A DNA stretch of 60,525 nt, the filler included, from Sphacelaria rigidula (Eukaryota): NCBI GenBank assembly GCA_964200075.2. It is 6 parts of 6 records of this genome, joined end to end, with 100 filler letters (N's around TTAATTAATTAA, not from the genome) between each part and the next. Parts side by side here need not be neighbours in the genome. Positions count along the whole stretch, not along the records: positions 10,106 to 20,110 come from CAXNAA020007332.1; positions 20,211 to 30,214 come from CAXNAA020007333.1; 4 more parts are not named here. One strand, 5' to 3'. The stretch's first letter is position 1; every line of letters starts with the position of its first letter. Made by a program: the position numbers and the translations under genes. The notes beneath the pieces were generated by a model, which saw only the letters and a program-made list of their open reading frames with translations, ran no database searches and was not told the origin of the DNA. This document shows positions 13,501 through 24,216 of this stretch, piece after piece.

Positions 13501-14399
13501 CCAGAGGCGGGCCACTCCAGATGATCATGTAGATAACCCTGACGTAGCAAGCGCACGTGAACTCCACGGAGGAGATTGCGTGTGGGCTCAGACAGATGAA
13601 AAACTTACAGTGGAACAGACCGGTATTCCCCAGATTTCGAACAGATCGTTACTGCTCCCTGACCACCCCGCGTGCACTACGTTAGAACCCCTTTCCGATG
13701 AAGCGTTGCCGTCAGTAGGGGCAGAAACTTCGCCGACTCATGGACGTTCGCATCCTAGTCATGGAGGCACCTCAATCGTGTGTTCGTCACCAGGCAAACA
13801 AAGTGTTATGCAAGACGATTCGTCTCCTAACTCGCCCACGTTGGCCCCTTACATAGACGCCGGGTTGAACAGTACAGCTTTACCAACCCCGCGTCTTGAC
13901 CAATCGTCTCCGAAACCCCCCATGTTGGCCCTAACTACTGATGGTATTGAGTTGATTGGCGTATCAAACTCAACACCACGCCCCGATGAATCGTCCCCTG
14001 TTCCGATCAAGCTGGATCATGTAACTGATCCCGCTTTGCACAGTGATGATTCGCCCCCTCTGTTGGCCAATAAGGGTGAAACACCAAGCACAGATCAGTT
14101 GTCGGGTTCAACTACGACAACTGCCCTTCCCCGGCATCGCCCCTCCGTTGCAGTATATGAGATTCAACCCTCGATTGATGAGACAAATATTCCAGGCAAA
14201 AACACTGACACTCCATGCACGCACCATCCTTCCGACCAAGAGCTTGTCCCACAAGATCATCAACGGGTGTACTTTAGCACCTTCGTTCAAAACGCGAAGC
14301 AGGATGTGTCAGATGTCATACCCGAATTTGGGCCCGATCTCGTCAGTGGTACTGTAACTCTGGATGATGCTTCTTTTACGACCAAGATAGGTTTACATA

Positions 14400-14730
14400 G
14401 TGGAGCGCGTGCAAACTGTCATTTGATAGCTCTTGCAATACCGGACTCTGGGTCGCCTCAAACGTTTATCACAGCCAGCTGCTGGCAACAGATGATGAAC
14501 GCGGGCGCGGCGGACGAGCATTGTCTGTCCACCGTGCACCCCCGCGTTTTTAGTGGCTTTGGTTCCTCCACATGTCTTACGGTCAATCAATCGGTGCGAC
14601 TAAGTGTACAATTTTTCCAGGATAGTACTCCCACTGCTCGGTTGTCCGTATGGGCACTAATTGTGCCCGACGGACCCATGTCTTTTGATGTCTTGTTGGG
14701 TCGAGATAGTTGGCTTCGTTTCTCCACACA
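14400..14730 (+). CDS. pol: Retropepsin (aspartic protease) domain
   Basis: AIPDSGSPQTFI catalytic motif at ~14435-14470 and DVLLGRDSW at ~14687-14713. Confidence 0.85.
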
Positions 14731-15399
14731 TCCGTATACGACGAACACACCTGTCCCGAACCATCCAGTAACAGGCAAACTGTCTCTGGGTCACTTCGAC
14801 ACTGATTCGGGAGCTCATGCTTATGAGGATGAACCCACGCAAACAGGTAATGCTTTCCGTCTGTACTATGTAGGTGAACCGGTAATCTCGCTTTCTCGTG
14901 AACCCCAACTACTACAAGAGAACCTCGTGAGACGCAATGGATCGCCCGCCCCCACAGGACAATATTTGGTCGAGTTGCTCAAACCTGACCAAGCACAGTT
15001 TTGTCCGTTTGAACAGGCCGAAGTTTTCGTCCGCGAAGGTGGGCAGGCTATTTACCTCACGTCCCCTGCATGTTTCGATATACTCAACGGTCAGTTGTTG
15101 GGTTATGCTCAAGCGCCTCTCGTACGAACCGCTCTGTCAGATGTGTGTCCCCCGGCGAACAACAACTCGCCGACCGACCCCCGAAGTCCACGGACCCCCC
15201 TCCGCTACACATGTCTGAGCCCATGTTGGTGACAAACCCACCAGATGCGCCTGACCCTCAACCCCCGACTGCATTACTGGATAGATTTTCTTCAGAACAA
15301 CGCGCCAGTTTTCAAAAGTTGTGGGATGACATTCCCCCTCACTTACGGCATATTGTTTTTGATCTATCTGGCGATGGTTGGACACCCACTGTAATCGAT

Positions 15400-16320
15400 A
15401 GGTTGAGATTCATCTTGATTAGATACTCTGAACGGTTTCCTACTGCACCCTTGGATTTAGGTCGATGTACCACGACACCGTTTAAGATCAAGATTCCTGA
15501 TGGCGCTCCTCCTATCGCTATGCGTCCGTACCTTACGAACCCCCTCTTAGCGGATAGGATTCAGGTAATTCTCGATGGATACTTAACTGCCGGTTTGGTT
15601 CGGCACTCGACGTCTCCGTGGGCCTCGCCTTTAGTAGTCGTCCGTAAGAAGAATAGCAAAATCAAACTGACGGCCAATTATCAACGATTGAACGCTGCCA
15701 CCAAAATCGCACGGCTACCACTTCCACGGGTTGATGAAATCATTGACTCTCTTGGCGGGGATAAAGTGTTCTCGAACTTTGACATACAGCCTGGCTACCA
15801 CCAGCTCGTGATGGATCCGAATTCCATTGAACTGACGGCGTTTTGTACGCCATCAGGTTTGTACGAGTGGATGGTGACACCACAAGAGGCCGCCGGAGCT
15901 CCAGGTACGTTCCAACGTGTCACGTTCCGTGTAACTGATGGATTTCCCAAATGCCATATGTACCTTGATGATGCGGTGTGCCACGACTCCACACCGGCCG
16001 AATACGTCGAACAGTTGGCATCATTTTTCAATCGGTTTGAACAACACAACTTGAAACTCGCACCCTCCAAATCCCGCATTGGCGCCACGAAGATTGAGTT
16101 CTTGGGTCATTGCATCACCCCCGAAGGTCGTAGCCCAAACCTCGACAAGGTCACCGCACTCTCCGATATGCCCATGCTACGGGACGTTTATCAACTGCGT
16201 TCCTTGTTGGGAAGTCTAAGCTACTACAGACAGTACTTGCCAAACCTTGCCCAAAAGCTAAAACCCCTCTCCACCCTCCTCAAAAAAGGGGTGAAATTCG
16301 TGTTCACATTGGAAATGGAA
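15400..16320 (+). CDS. pol: Reverse transcriptase domain
   Basis: SPWASPLVVVRKK, LPRVDEIIDSL, GYHQ, TAFCTPSGLYEW, YLDD (15961-15972), IEFLGH, LRSLLG..SYYR. Confidence 0.97.
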
Positions 16321-16329
16321 ATACGATCC

Positions 16330-16780
16330 GCCGCCTCCTTGACACCCTTTCGCGCCCGCCGATTCTCGTCTTCCCCGACTGGTCGGCCTCGGAGCAGGGT
16401 TCCTGCCCTTTCCGGCTCCACACAGATTCTTCCAAAATTGGGTTTGGCTGCACATTAGAACAGGAGCAAGTCGATGCTACTGTCCGTCCCATTGTCTATC
16501 TGAGTCGCACCGCTTTTCCGAATGAACAGAATTGGTCCGTCATGGAACAAGAGGCCGACGCAGTTGTTTGGGGCGTGCGACGTCTGCGTCAGTATTTGTA
16601 TGACATCCCGTTTTTGATTTCTACCGATCACAAGTCTTTGGAAAGCCTTGCCAAAATGGCGGGACACAACGCTAGGGTTCAACGCTGGTTCGAAATCCTG
16701 TCGTCTTACAACTTACAACTGAAGTACCGCACAGGTCCCCAGAATGCAAACGCCGACTTTCTGTCACGCTTGCCCACACC
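16330..16780 (+). CDS. pol: RNase H domain (frameshifted relative to RT)
   Basis: PILVFPDW, FRLHTDSSKIGFGCTLEQ, EQEADAVVWGV, ISTDHKSL, NANADFLSR. Confidence 0.93.
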
Positions 16781-17819
16781 AGCTCAACCTATCGATGAAT
16801 CCACCACGAGACGTATCACCGATCCCACCGAAGACATTGTATATTACATAAGCAGGAATGGACATAGAGGTCTCTACACACCACTTTCACTGAGGACAAC
16901 GCCGGCTTTAGGCATGGGTGGGCTGACGACCACAGCCCACGCATCAGTTCTAGGCAGCTTGCAACCTCAATCGTTGTACTCAGTTTGGAATGGACTGCCT
17001 ACGAATACTGTTGGCTATGATTATTTTCGTGCAACTGGCCAGCGCATGGTTTCCGCAGCAGGTGTAGAACCGTCCTTTGCTGACTCCGCCTTACCAGTTC
17101 AAGTTCGAGATTTGATTTCGAGTAGGACTCGTGGACGGCGAACCGCCGAAACGGCCACCAAAGTTAGCCGTATCCGGTCCTGACCTTCCCCTCCCTGCCC
17201 CCATCCCGGTCCTCGATAGTTTCCTTGCGCCTCCGCGGCTTCCGCGACGCAAGGCCCCCCGAAAATCGACCCCGACCGTGCCGCCCCTGCCAACCATAGC
17301 CGAAACCACGGCTGTGCCCTCCTCCCGTAGTGAACATATTGCAAACACCACCACAACACCCTCCACGCTAATCGACGCAGGGGTAGACGTTAGCGTTCCG
17401 TCTGAAAGTACACCAACTGGTAGGCTCACCCTTGATTCCGAAATCACCGCTTCATGCCAACCCCGCCCCGAACCGACCCCACACGAAGTCGACGCTTCAG
17501 CAGATGGTGTATTCAAGGAACGTTTGACTCTCTTCTCCCACGCCGATTGGGCCCGTGAAGAACAGGCAGAACCTGCTTGTAAATCAGCTATCCATTATCT
17601 ATCTCAAGGTTGTCCATGTCCATTCTCAGAAACCGAATCCCTTTTTCCAGTCGGGAATCTCAAAGGACCCACCCAGGATGAAGTTACTGAACTTTCAAAG
17701 AAAGGTATGCTACATACGGATGATGATGATCTAGTCCTGTTACTTCGCCGGCCCACAACAGCCCTCCCCAGGGGGAAGCCTACAAGTCGACATGCTCGCT
17801 TGCTAGGTGATGAACCCAT

Positions 17820-18870
17820 CCGCATCTATGTCCCGATGCTCCTGCGCCCATGGGTTCTACACGAATGCCATTCACAGGCATCGACTCATTTAGGCGCCAT
17901 TAGGACCTCCCAGGTTGGAACGTTTTTATTGGTGGATTTGTAAGGAATAGTGTTGTCGTTGGTGGATGAGGCGTTGTCTTTTGTGTCAGGCGCGAAAAAC
18001 TTCTCGTCGAACAGTTCGTTGGCCGATTGTTTCCATGCCACTCCCAAACGGGCCTGGTGAAGTAGTTTCGTGAGATTATTTTGGTCCTCTGCCCCTGACG
18101 GATAGTGGGAATAGGTATATTTTGTTCACGGATAGATTTAGTCGACATGCGGTGATGCACGCCGTCCCCCCCCCCAGTAGTTATACCGCGGAAGGTACCG
18201 CCAACATTCTCGTCTACATGTACATCCCACTGTGGGGTGTGCCCAAACGCTTATTATCTGACAACGGCCCGCATTTTTCAGGCAAGCTTTCTGCCGCCGT
18301 CAGTGACCTTTTGGGTGCCCATCGCATTTTTACTAGTTCATATCACCCTTCCACCAATGGTGGGACGGAACGAGTAAGCCATACGATGGCACAGATGCTT
18401 GCTGCTGTAGCGAATGAGAGACAGATGGACTGGGATCTGCACCTGCCCCTTGTCCAGGTGAACTACAAAAATTCAGTCAACGCCGCTACGGGATTGTCGC
18501 CGAATGAAATTCATATTGGACGCATGCCTCGGTTACCTTTAACGGTATTCGAACGTAAAAGTACAGGTGGACATCAGAGTCTGGATCGTGATGTTGCAGA
18601 GTATCATTTGTCGGTTAGCAATCGTCTTCGTCTTGCATATGAAGTGGTACGAGAACAGAACCAAATCAATTTGGCCAAGGTGGCCAGGGCGAACTCGATG
18701 TTGGATGATGTAGTGCACAACCGCCCGGTGTGGAAGGTAGGCCAATGTGTATGGGTGTATAACGATGTGAAGACCATCGATCAAGGGGCTAGCTCGAAAT
18801 CACCATCTTTGGATAAAGTGTTGAAAGCTGAACTATCCTTGAATTGGACCGGTCCTTGGGGAATTTCAGC
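17820..18870 (+). pseudogene. pol: Integrase: HHCC zinc finger, DDE core and GPY/F module; disrupted
   Basis: HECH..THLG, then a frameshift, then FYWW..*..CLLCQ; *DYFGPLP, LSDNG, YHPSTNGGTER and NWTGPW. Confidence 0.93.
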
Positions 18871-19135
18871 TGTCGGTCCAAACGCTACGGCACCCGACAA
18901 GAGTCCGGTGGGAGCGAAACTTTTGTATTTAGATTTCCTCACGGATGAACCTGGTTTGAAACCGAAAAATCGCGTCTCGATGCTACGATGCAAACCGTGC
19001 ATCCGCCCTCATGACTCTTCTGACATGCCCAAACAACTGCTGGTAGGGCTTAGCCAGTATGTGTTGACCAAGTATGCGATTAAAACTCCGCCGTATCATA
19101 TGACGGTCGAGGATGCGGACGCACCCCTGGAGCGC

Positions 19136-19292
19136 GTTGACGTAGATAGGATTTCGGGTCATCAACTGGTTTGTGGTCGTGGAGGTAAGATAGCGGTAAT
19201 GTATCAAACACATCGGAAGGGTATCATGCGTGTTACATGGGAGCGTGAGGTTGACTTGCGTCATTTTCGTCGGAAAATATTACTGAACTGGG
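19136..19292 (+). CDS. Chromodomain-like region of integrase
   Basis: VDVDRISGHQ...MYQTHRKGIMRVTWEREVDL matches the chromo pattern VExI...YxVxWKG...TWExxxxL. The W codon reads CGG, one transition from TGG. Confidence 0.75.
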
Positions 19293-19454
19293 TAGGAGAT
19301 ACCGTCCAACACCGCCCGTTGAATAAGAGATATCGGTCAATGCGCAAGGGAGCTGCCGCTCGAGAACTGGCACGTAAACACTCAGCGCAGTTTGTTGTGA
19401 CAGGATATCGCCTTCTTTCGCGTTCACAATATATGCAGTGTTTTCACGGAAAAC

Positions 19455-19615
19455 GATTGCCGAAAGGGGCGTATTTTTGGTATAAGGCCTTGGATTCTCT
19501 GTGGTGGTTGAGAAAAATTCATTTGGTCGATCCTGCATCTGACCACTCCTACTTTATCCGTTTCCTTGATGACCCGAGCCCCCTTAAGATTCGCTTGGAT
19601 GATGCGTACTACACC
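19455..19615 (+). CDS. Putative Tudor/PWWP-like (Royal family) domain at the integrase C-terminus
   Basis: LPKGAYFWYKALDSLWWLRKIHLVDPASDHSYFIRFLDDPSPLKIRL. Assigned by motif resemblance only. Confidence 0.5.
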
Positions 19616-20110
19616 GAGGAGCCGACCGCTCGGAGGGGATCCTGGTGCCTCCAACGACACGACCAAGGCGAACTCGAAACAGCCGTTCTACGGAACACGG
19701 ACACCGCTTGGGATGCAGATAACTCATGATGCCGCATCCGAGTCTGCTTCCCCATTCACCTTGCGTAGTGTACCGCGTTCGAGTCGCTTGTCTTGCATTG
19801 TAGCGTCGTTGGAAAAACATGCGTTTCCCCCCACCCTTCCCCCGGTAATTTGTTTTTCGTACTGGTTAGCCCCGTGCTTGTAGTGGTTGATGTCGTGTTT
19901 TGTATTCGGTGTTTGGTCTTTTGTTTTTATATTTTGTATTTTTTTCGTGTTGTGTTTTGCTTTTGTTGCTTTGGCCTTGATTTTGTGTTTCGGTTTTCTT
20001 TGCCTTTGCGTCAATTGTTCTGATTTGTTTATTCTGTCTTTTTTTTTTTTTTTTTTTTTTTCGCCTCGTTCTTTGTTTTTGTTTTTTTTTTTTTAATTGG
20101 TACTTTTTTT

Positions 20111-20210
20111 NNNNNNNNNNNNNNNNNNNNNNNNNNNNNNNNNNNNNNNNNNNNTTAATTAATTAANNNNNNNNNNNNNNNNNNNNNNNNNNNNNNNNNN
20201 NNNNNNNNNN
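20111..20210. other. Artificial contig linker
   Basis: N-run with TTAATTAATTAA. Confidence 0.97.
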
Positions 20211-22341
20211 CTTTTGTGTTTAGACGTGGTACTTTTCTCCTTACGGTAGGTAGTGGAGGGACTGGTAGACTCGTGTCAGTACCAAAGGCCCAGGTATCAT
20301 CATGTAAATGCTTTGTTTTGTGTCTCGTTCGAATCACGTGTTGCATGAAAAACTACTTGTACTGCAGTATGGTTGCGTCCTTGCATTCCTTGACAAAAAC
20401 TACGGTCCCCGCGCCTCGTACACAGTGCAGTTCATGATAACCAGAGCATGTCGACGGTGTTTATTTCATGCACATCCGTTTTCGAACTGGTACTGTATAC
20501 TAGTTCGTACAGCACGGAGCATGCGGCAATACTTGGTCGAAAAACTGGAACACCACACCTGCAAGTGCAACAAAGATGGACTCGATAGCATTTCTTTTGC
20601 GCCCTTTCGAATAAAGCATCATGAAACATGAGGAGCAATACCGTGACGGGCTACCACAGGAGAGTACAACGCTGTAGTGCACAAGCGCGCCGGCACGGTG
20701 TCGGCAATACGGAAACGCTAGCGCGCGTGCTGCTAAAAAATAACGCGCTCCGCCAGTGCAATTTAATTCAATGGCTTCACCACTTGGTAGTTGAAGATAG
20801 TTCTCGGAAATTTACGGCTTGTGGACACGTGCAGTAGTGGATTTGAGTGTAGACACCGAAATCCGGATCTTTAACCCTTTCGAGGGTAGGTCACCTGCTG
20901 AATCGGCACCAATATTCACTTGAAAAATGTATGCGTGATCCAGATGAACTACCCGCACCGCTGTCTAAGGCTTATAGGGGGCTGTGCTCCTGGCGTGCTC
21001 CTAGCGTGCGCAGAACGCGTTTTCGTCAAAATCGGCGCCTGGGGCGTCAAAATGAGGTCTGGCAACGCATACTTCGCCAAGGGAACACGCCCCACCCCCC
21101 GTGCCCGAGGGCTCTCGATATGTCTTCGTTTTCCAGTTGGTGTGACAGAGACTCGAGACATGTCGTCTGATCTTGTCGGCAATCATGAAAACGAATGGAA
21201 TTTTCAGGCAACGGGCGCATGTTTGGCCGACATAGTGTTGTGACGTCGTCTTGAGTCATGTCTGCAGCATTTGACCCCGAGGGTAGGTCACCTGCTGAAT
21301 CGGCATCAATATTCACTTGAAAAACGTATGCGCGGTCCACATGGACTACACGCACCGCTGTCTAAGGCTTAAAGTGGGCTGTGCTCCTGGCGTGCTCCTA
21401 GCGTGCTCCTAGTTTGAAAAAATCCTGCATATTGAAAAAAATATCAAGTGAATTTCCTTCGGGATCTCATATCCCTGGCAGTCGTTCTAACTTAAGCAGT
21501 AGACTTTACCACTTGGTAGTTCAAGATAGTTCTCGGAAATTTATGGCTTGTGGACAGGTGCAGTATTGGATTTTAGTCTAGACACCGAAATCTGGATATT
21601 TGACCATTTGACCCCGAGGGTAGGTCACCTGCTGAATCGGCATCAATATTCACTTGAAAGAAGTATGCGTGATGCAGATGGACTACCCTGCTCCTAGCGT
21701 GCTCCTAGCGTGCGCAGAACGCGTTTTGGTCAAAATCGGGGCCTGGGGCGCCGAGTTGAGGTCTGGCAACGCACACTTCGCCTAAAGAACACGTTGCACT
21801 CCCCGTGCCCGAGGATTTCCGGTATGTCTTCGTTGGGGTTGGGGTTAGTGTAAAAGTTGGGGTTGGTGTTCGTCGAAATGCATCAGCACCTGCGCAAACC
21901 ATACATTTCCGAGAAATATCTGTCAACTACCATGCGGTGAAGTCACCTCGATTTTGAGTACGATGTACATCAAGTTTGTACATGGGCACGAAATGCTGGG
22001 CTTCTCACTCAAGACTTTGATTTGGAGGATGATACTAGGTAGGCAGCGGCAACTTCCTTGTGCCCAGGTACTCCTTGGAGCAGGATGCGTTTGGTGTCTG
22101 TTTGACCTAATTATCCCCCAAAAAACGAAATAATAGATGAGGGTTTTAGACTGGAAACATCTGGCAAAACAAATATCGCAAGGATCCGATCGCAAGATCC
22201 CGACGCAAAAAAGTATCGCAAGGATCCCATCGCAAGAATCAGGACGCAAGAGTCCCGACGCAAAAACGGAATCGCAAAAAAGCTTTTTTTGGTCGAATCT
22301 TTATCCGCAGCAGAAACCAACTTCACTTTGTGAAATTGGAA
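20211..22341 (-). mobile_element. Non-autonomous ~2-kb TIR element, copy A (cut by the contig start)
   Basis: 20211-20750 is the reverse complement of ~58090-58655, and 21950-22341 is the reverse complement of 56844-57200. It ends GTGAAATTGGAA. Confidence 0.7.
20778..21835 (+). repeat. Local partial triplication of a ~350-bp repeat
   Basis: CGAGGGTAGGTCACCTGCTGAATCGGCA at ~20881, 21277 and 21615. A reverse fragment lies at 40419-40490. Confidence 0.8.
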
Positions 22342-22705
22342 CGCACGCGCGTCGATACATCGGGCGGGAAATATGTATCACCTAGTATTACATTCTGTCA
22401 GCGAACCCTCGTGAGACCAGGGTGGACTAACCGGCGGCGACAGCCCATGGTGAATGTGCATCATTTTCACTAGACCCCTATACGGCCAGAGTGGGTCATC
22501 TGTTGAGTCGGCACCGTCTTGACTTGGAAACATTCTGCATGATCCGGATGAAATACCCTGGCGGTCCACGGGATAAAAACGACTATAAATAATGCCGATT
22601 CGAAAATCGACCCTGCCCACAGACGAGGTGCTCACACCCGGTTAGAAGGTGTCCGGTCTCAAAAGGGTTCATAATGCCCCTGAGAGGATCAACAAGTTGT
22701 CTCGA

Positions 22706-22964
22706 GAGTGATGCTACGATAGGGTGTGCACTTTTGGGGCCAAAACCGGCCTGATTCAGGGGTTCCTAACAATTAGGAACTACACAAGAACATGGGTCAG
22801 GATATCTCCGTTTGCAAATTCATTCGGGATATCCCTAGCAAATTGGAAGAAAAAGCCTGGCGTACTTTCACCTATTTCGGAAGTCGTGTTTTGGATGAGA
22901 TAAAGGGTTCCTGACGATTCTACTCTCAGGCCGTAAAAGTGCTGACCCTATCCCAGCATCACTC
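22706..22964. mobile_element. Sola-like MITE, TSD TCGA
   Basis: GAGTGATGCTACGATAGGG ... CCCTATCCCAGCATCACTC, with TCGA on both sides. Homologous to 37952-38206. Confidence 0.85.
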
Positions 22965-23304
22965 TCGATCACCACGTGATTCGTCTGCGTCGATAACGTA
23001 CGGCCGTGATGTTCGAATTCCTTTTTTGTGTAGCCCAGTTGATACTTGGATTCAAAACCCGGGACTGGATCCAAATTCCATCCGGACATGGAGCTCCTGG
23101 AAATTTCCGTGTCACAACTATGGAGGATGAGCAAAACAAATTTGGTGTGTTTTTGTCTGGGCGAACAACAGGAATATCCTGCTGTGATAAACGTGTGCCA
23201 AACAAAATACGGGGAAAACAAAAGTAGGTCGCAACGGGCAAAACGTCACCTGGACCCACATTGCAAGGGGTTGGACGATGCTACACGCCGTCCAACATTA
23301 TTAC

Positions 23305-23482
23305 CATTATCATAATTATTTCCGCACATTAGTCCGATCTCGCGAACCCGTGGTCACAGACGTAGGCTCGCCTTTCCAATATCGTTTCCTGCTATTCCTT
23401 ACAAGACATATCACCAAAAATATAAATAAGAAGAGAGACGCCACGAAACCGGTGAGAAGTAGCTCCCCCGAGTTCAACGGGG
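23305..23482 (+). repeat. Dispersed short repeat
   Basis: CGCACATTAGTCCGATCTCGCGAACCCGTGGTCACAGACG also occurs at ~56758 and, diverged, at ~30988. The 3' half recurs at 58806-58885. Confidence 0.75.
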
Positions 23483-23630
23483 AGAGAAAAGAAAGGAAGA
23501 AAACAAACACACAAACAACAAACGACAGATCGGTCAAAAATATACACCGAAAGCAACGAAGAGAGAAGATAATTGAAGACAAAACAGGAAAAGACAGGTG
23601 ATACGAGGAGATTGGTATGGCTGTAATGCG

Positions 23631-23829
23631 TGAGAGGACCGCGTGCTCAGAGGACCGCGCCGTAGTTCAAAACACCGCAGGATCGATGCTTTTTAAAACC
23701 AATCGGGTCAGTATCTGGAGGTACCACACCCCTGACCATAACCCCAACACTAACCCTGACCCTGACCCTAACCCTAACCATAAGGATATTCAAATTCCGG
23801 TGCGGTCCTCGAAGCACGCGGTCCTCTCA
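23631..23829. mobile_element. ~200-bp MITE with 32-bp TIRs enclosing telomere-like (CCCTRA)n
   Basis: TGAGAGGACCGCGTGCTCAGAGGACCGCGCCG ... CGGTGCGGTCCTCGAAGCACGCGGTCCTCTCA, with internal CCCTGA/CCCTAA at ~23730-23780. Confidence 0.8.
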
Positions 23830-24216
23830 AAAACAAAAAGACAACACTCCCAGGCACCCTCATATACGACTACCACAGCTGTTCAAAGAACGGGGGCAGC
23901 GAGTGCACTGCCCGAGTCGACTACAGGTTACTTCTTGGAATCCCTCGGTCGGCATTGGGGAAGCTCCAGAGGTAGTACAGCAAACAACGCCTCAGCTCGG
24001 CGCGCTTTGGTCCAAGCTGTCATATACAAACTAGCCCCCTCCTTTACAATTCGAGGCCATTCGGATACACATTGGGCAATCTGCGTCCACGATGTTGCGT
24101 CTATCCCGAAGTATGAGCAGTAGTCGGTGATACAATGTTGCACACGTCGGACGAGCACTAGTGTGACTCGTGGCACTCGCAGCCGTTGGGCTGCTCGTTT
24201 ACCGTAAAAAAAAGTT

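Larger units (their letters stand above)
12007..19729 (+). mobile_element. Decayed Ty3/Gypsy LTR retrotransposon internal region (chromovirus-like); LTRs not visible in this contig
   Basis: Domain order PR-RT-RNase H-INT-chromodomain is diagnostic of Ty3/Gypsy. It has several frameshifts and two stops within the integrase. Confidence 0.95.

Noticed and set aside
20211-20750. 3' LTR of the Gypsy element
   Set aside because: It lies on a different contig, has no match upstream of gag, and belongs to the 2-kb TIR element.
24156-24160. CACTA transposon terminus before the satellite
   Set aside because: GAGCACTAG also occurs as a monomer variant inside the array.
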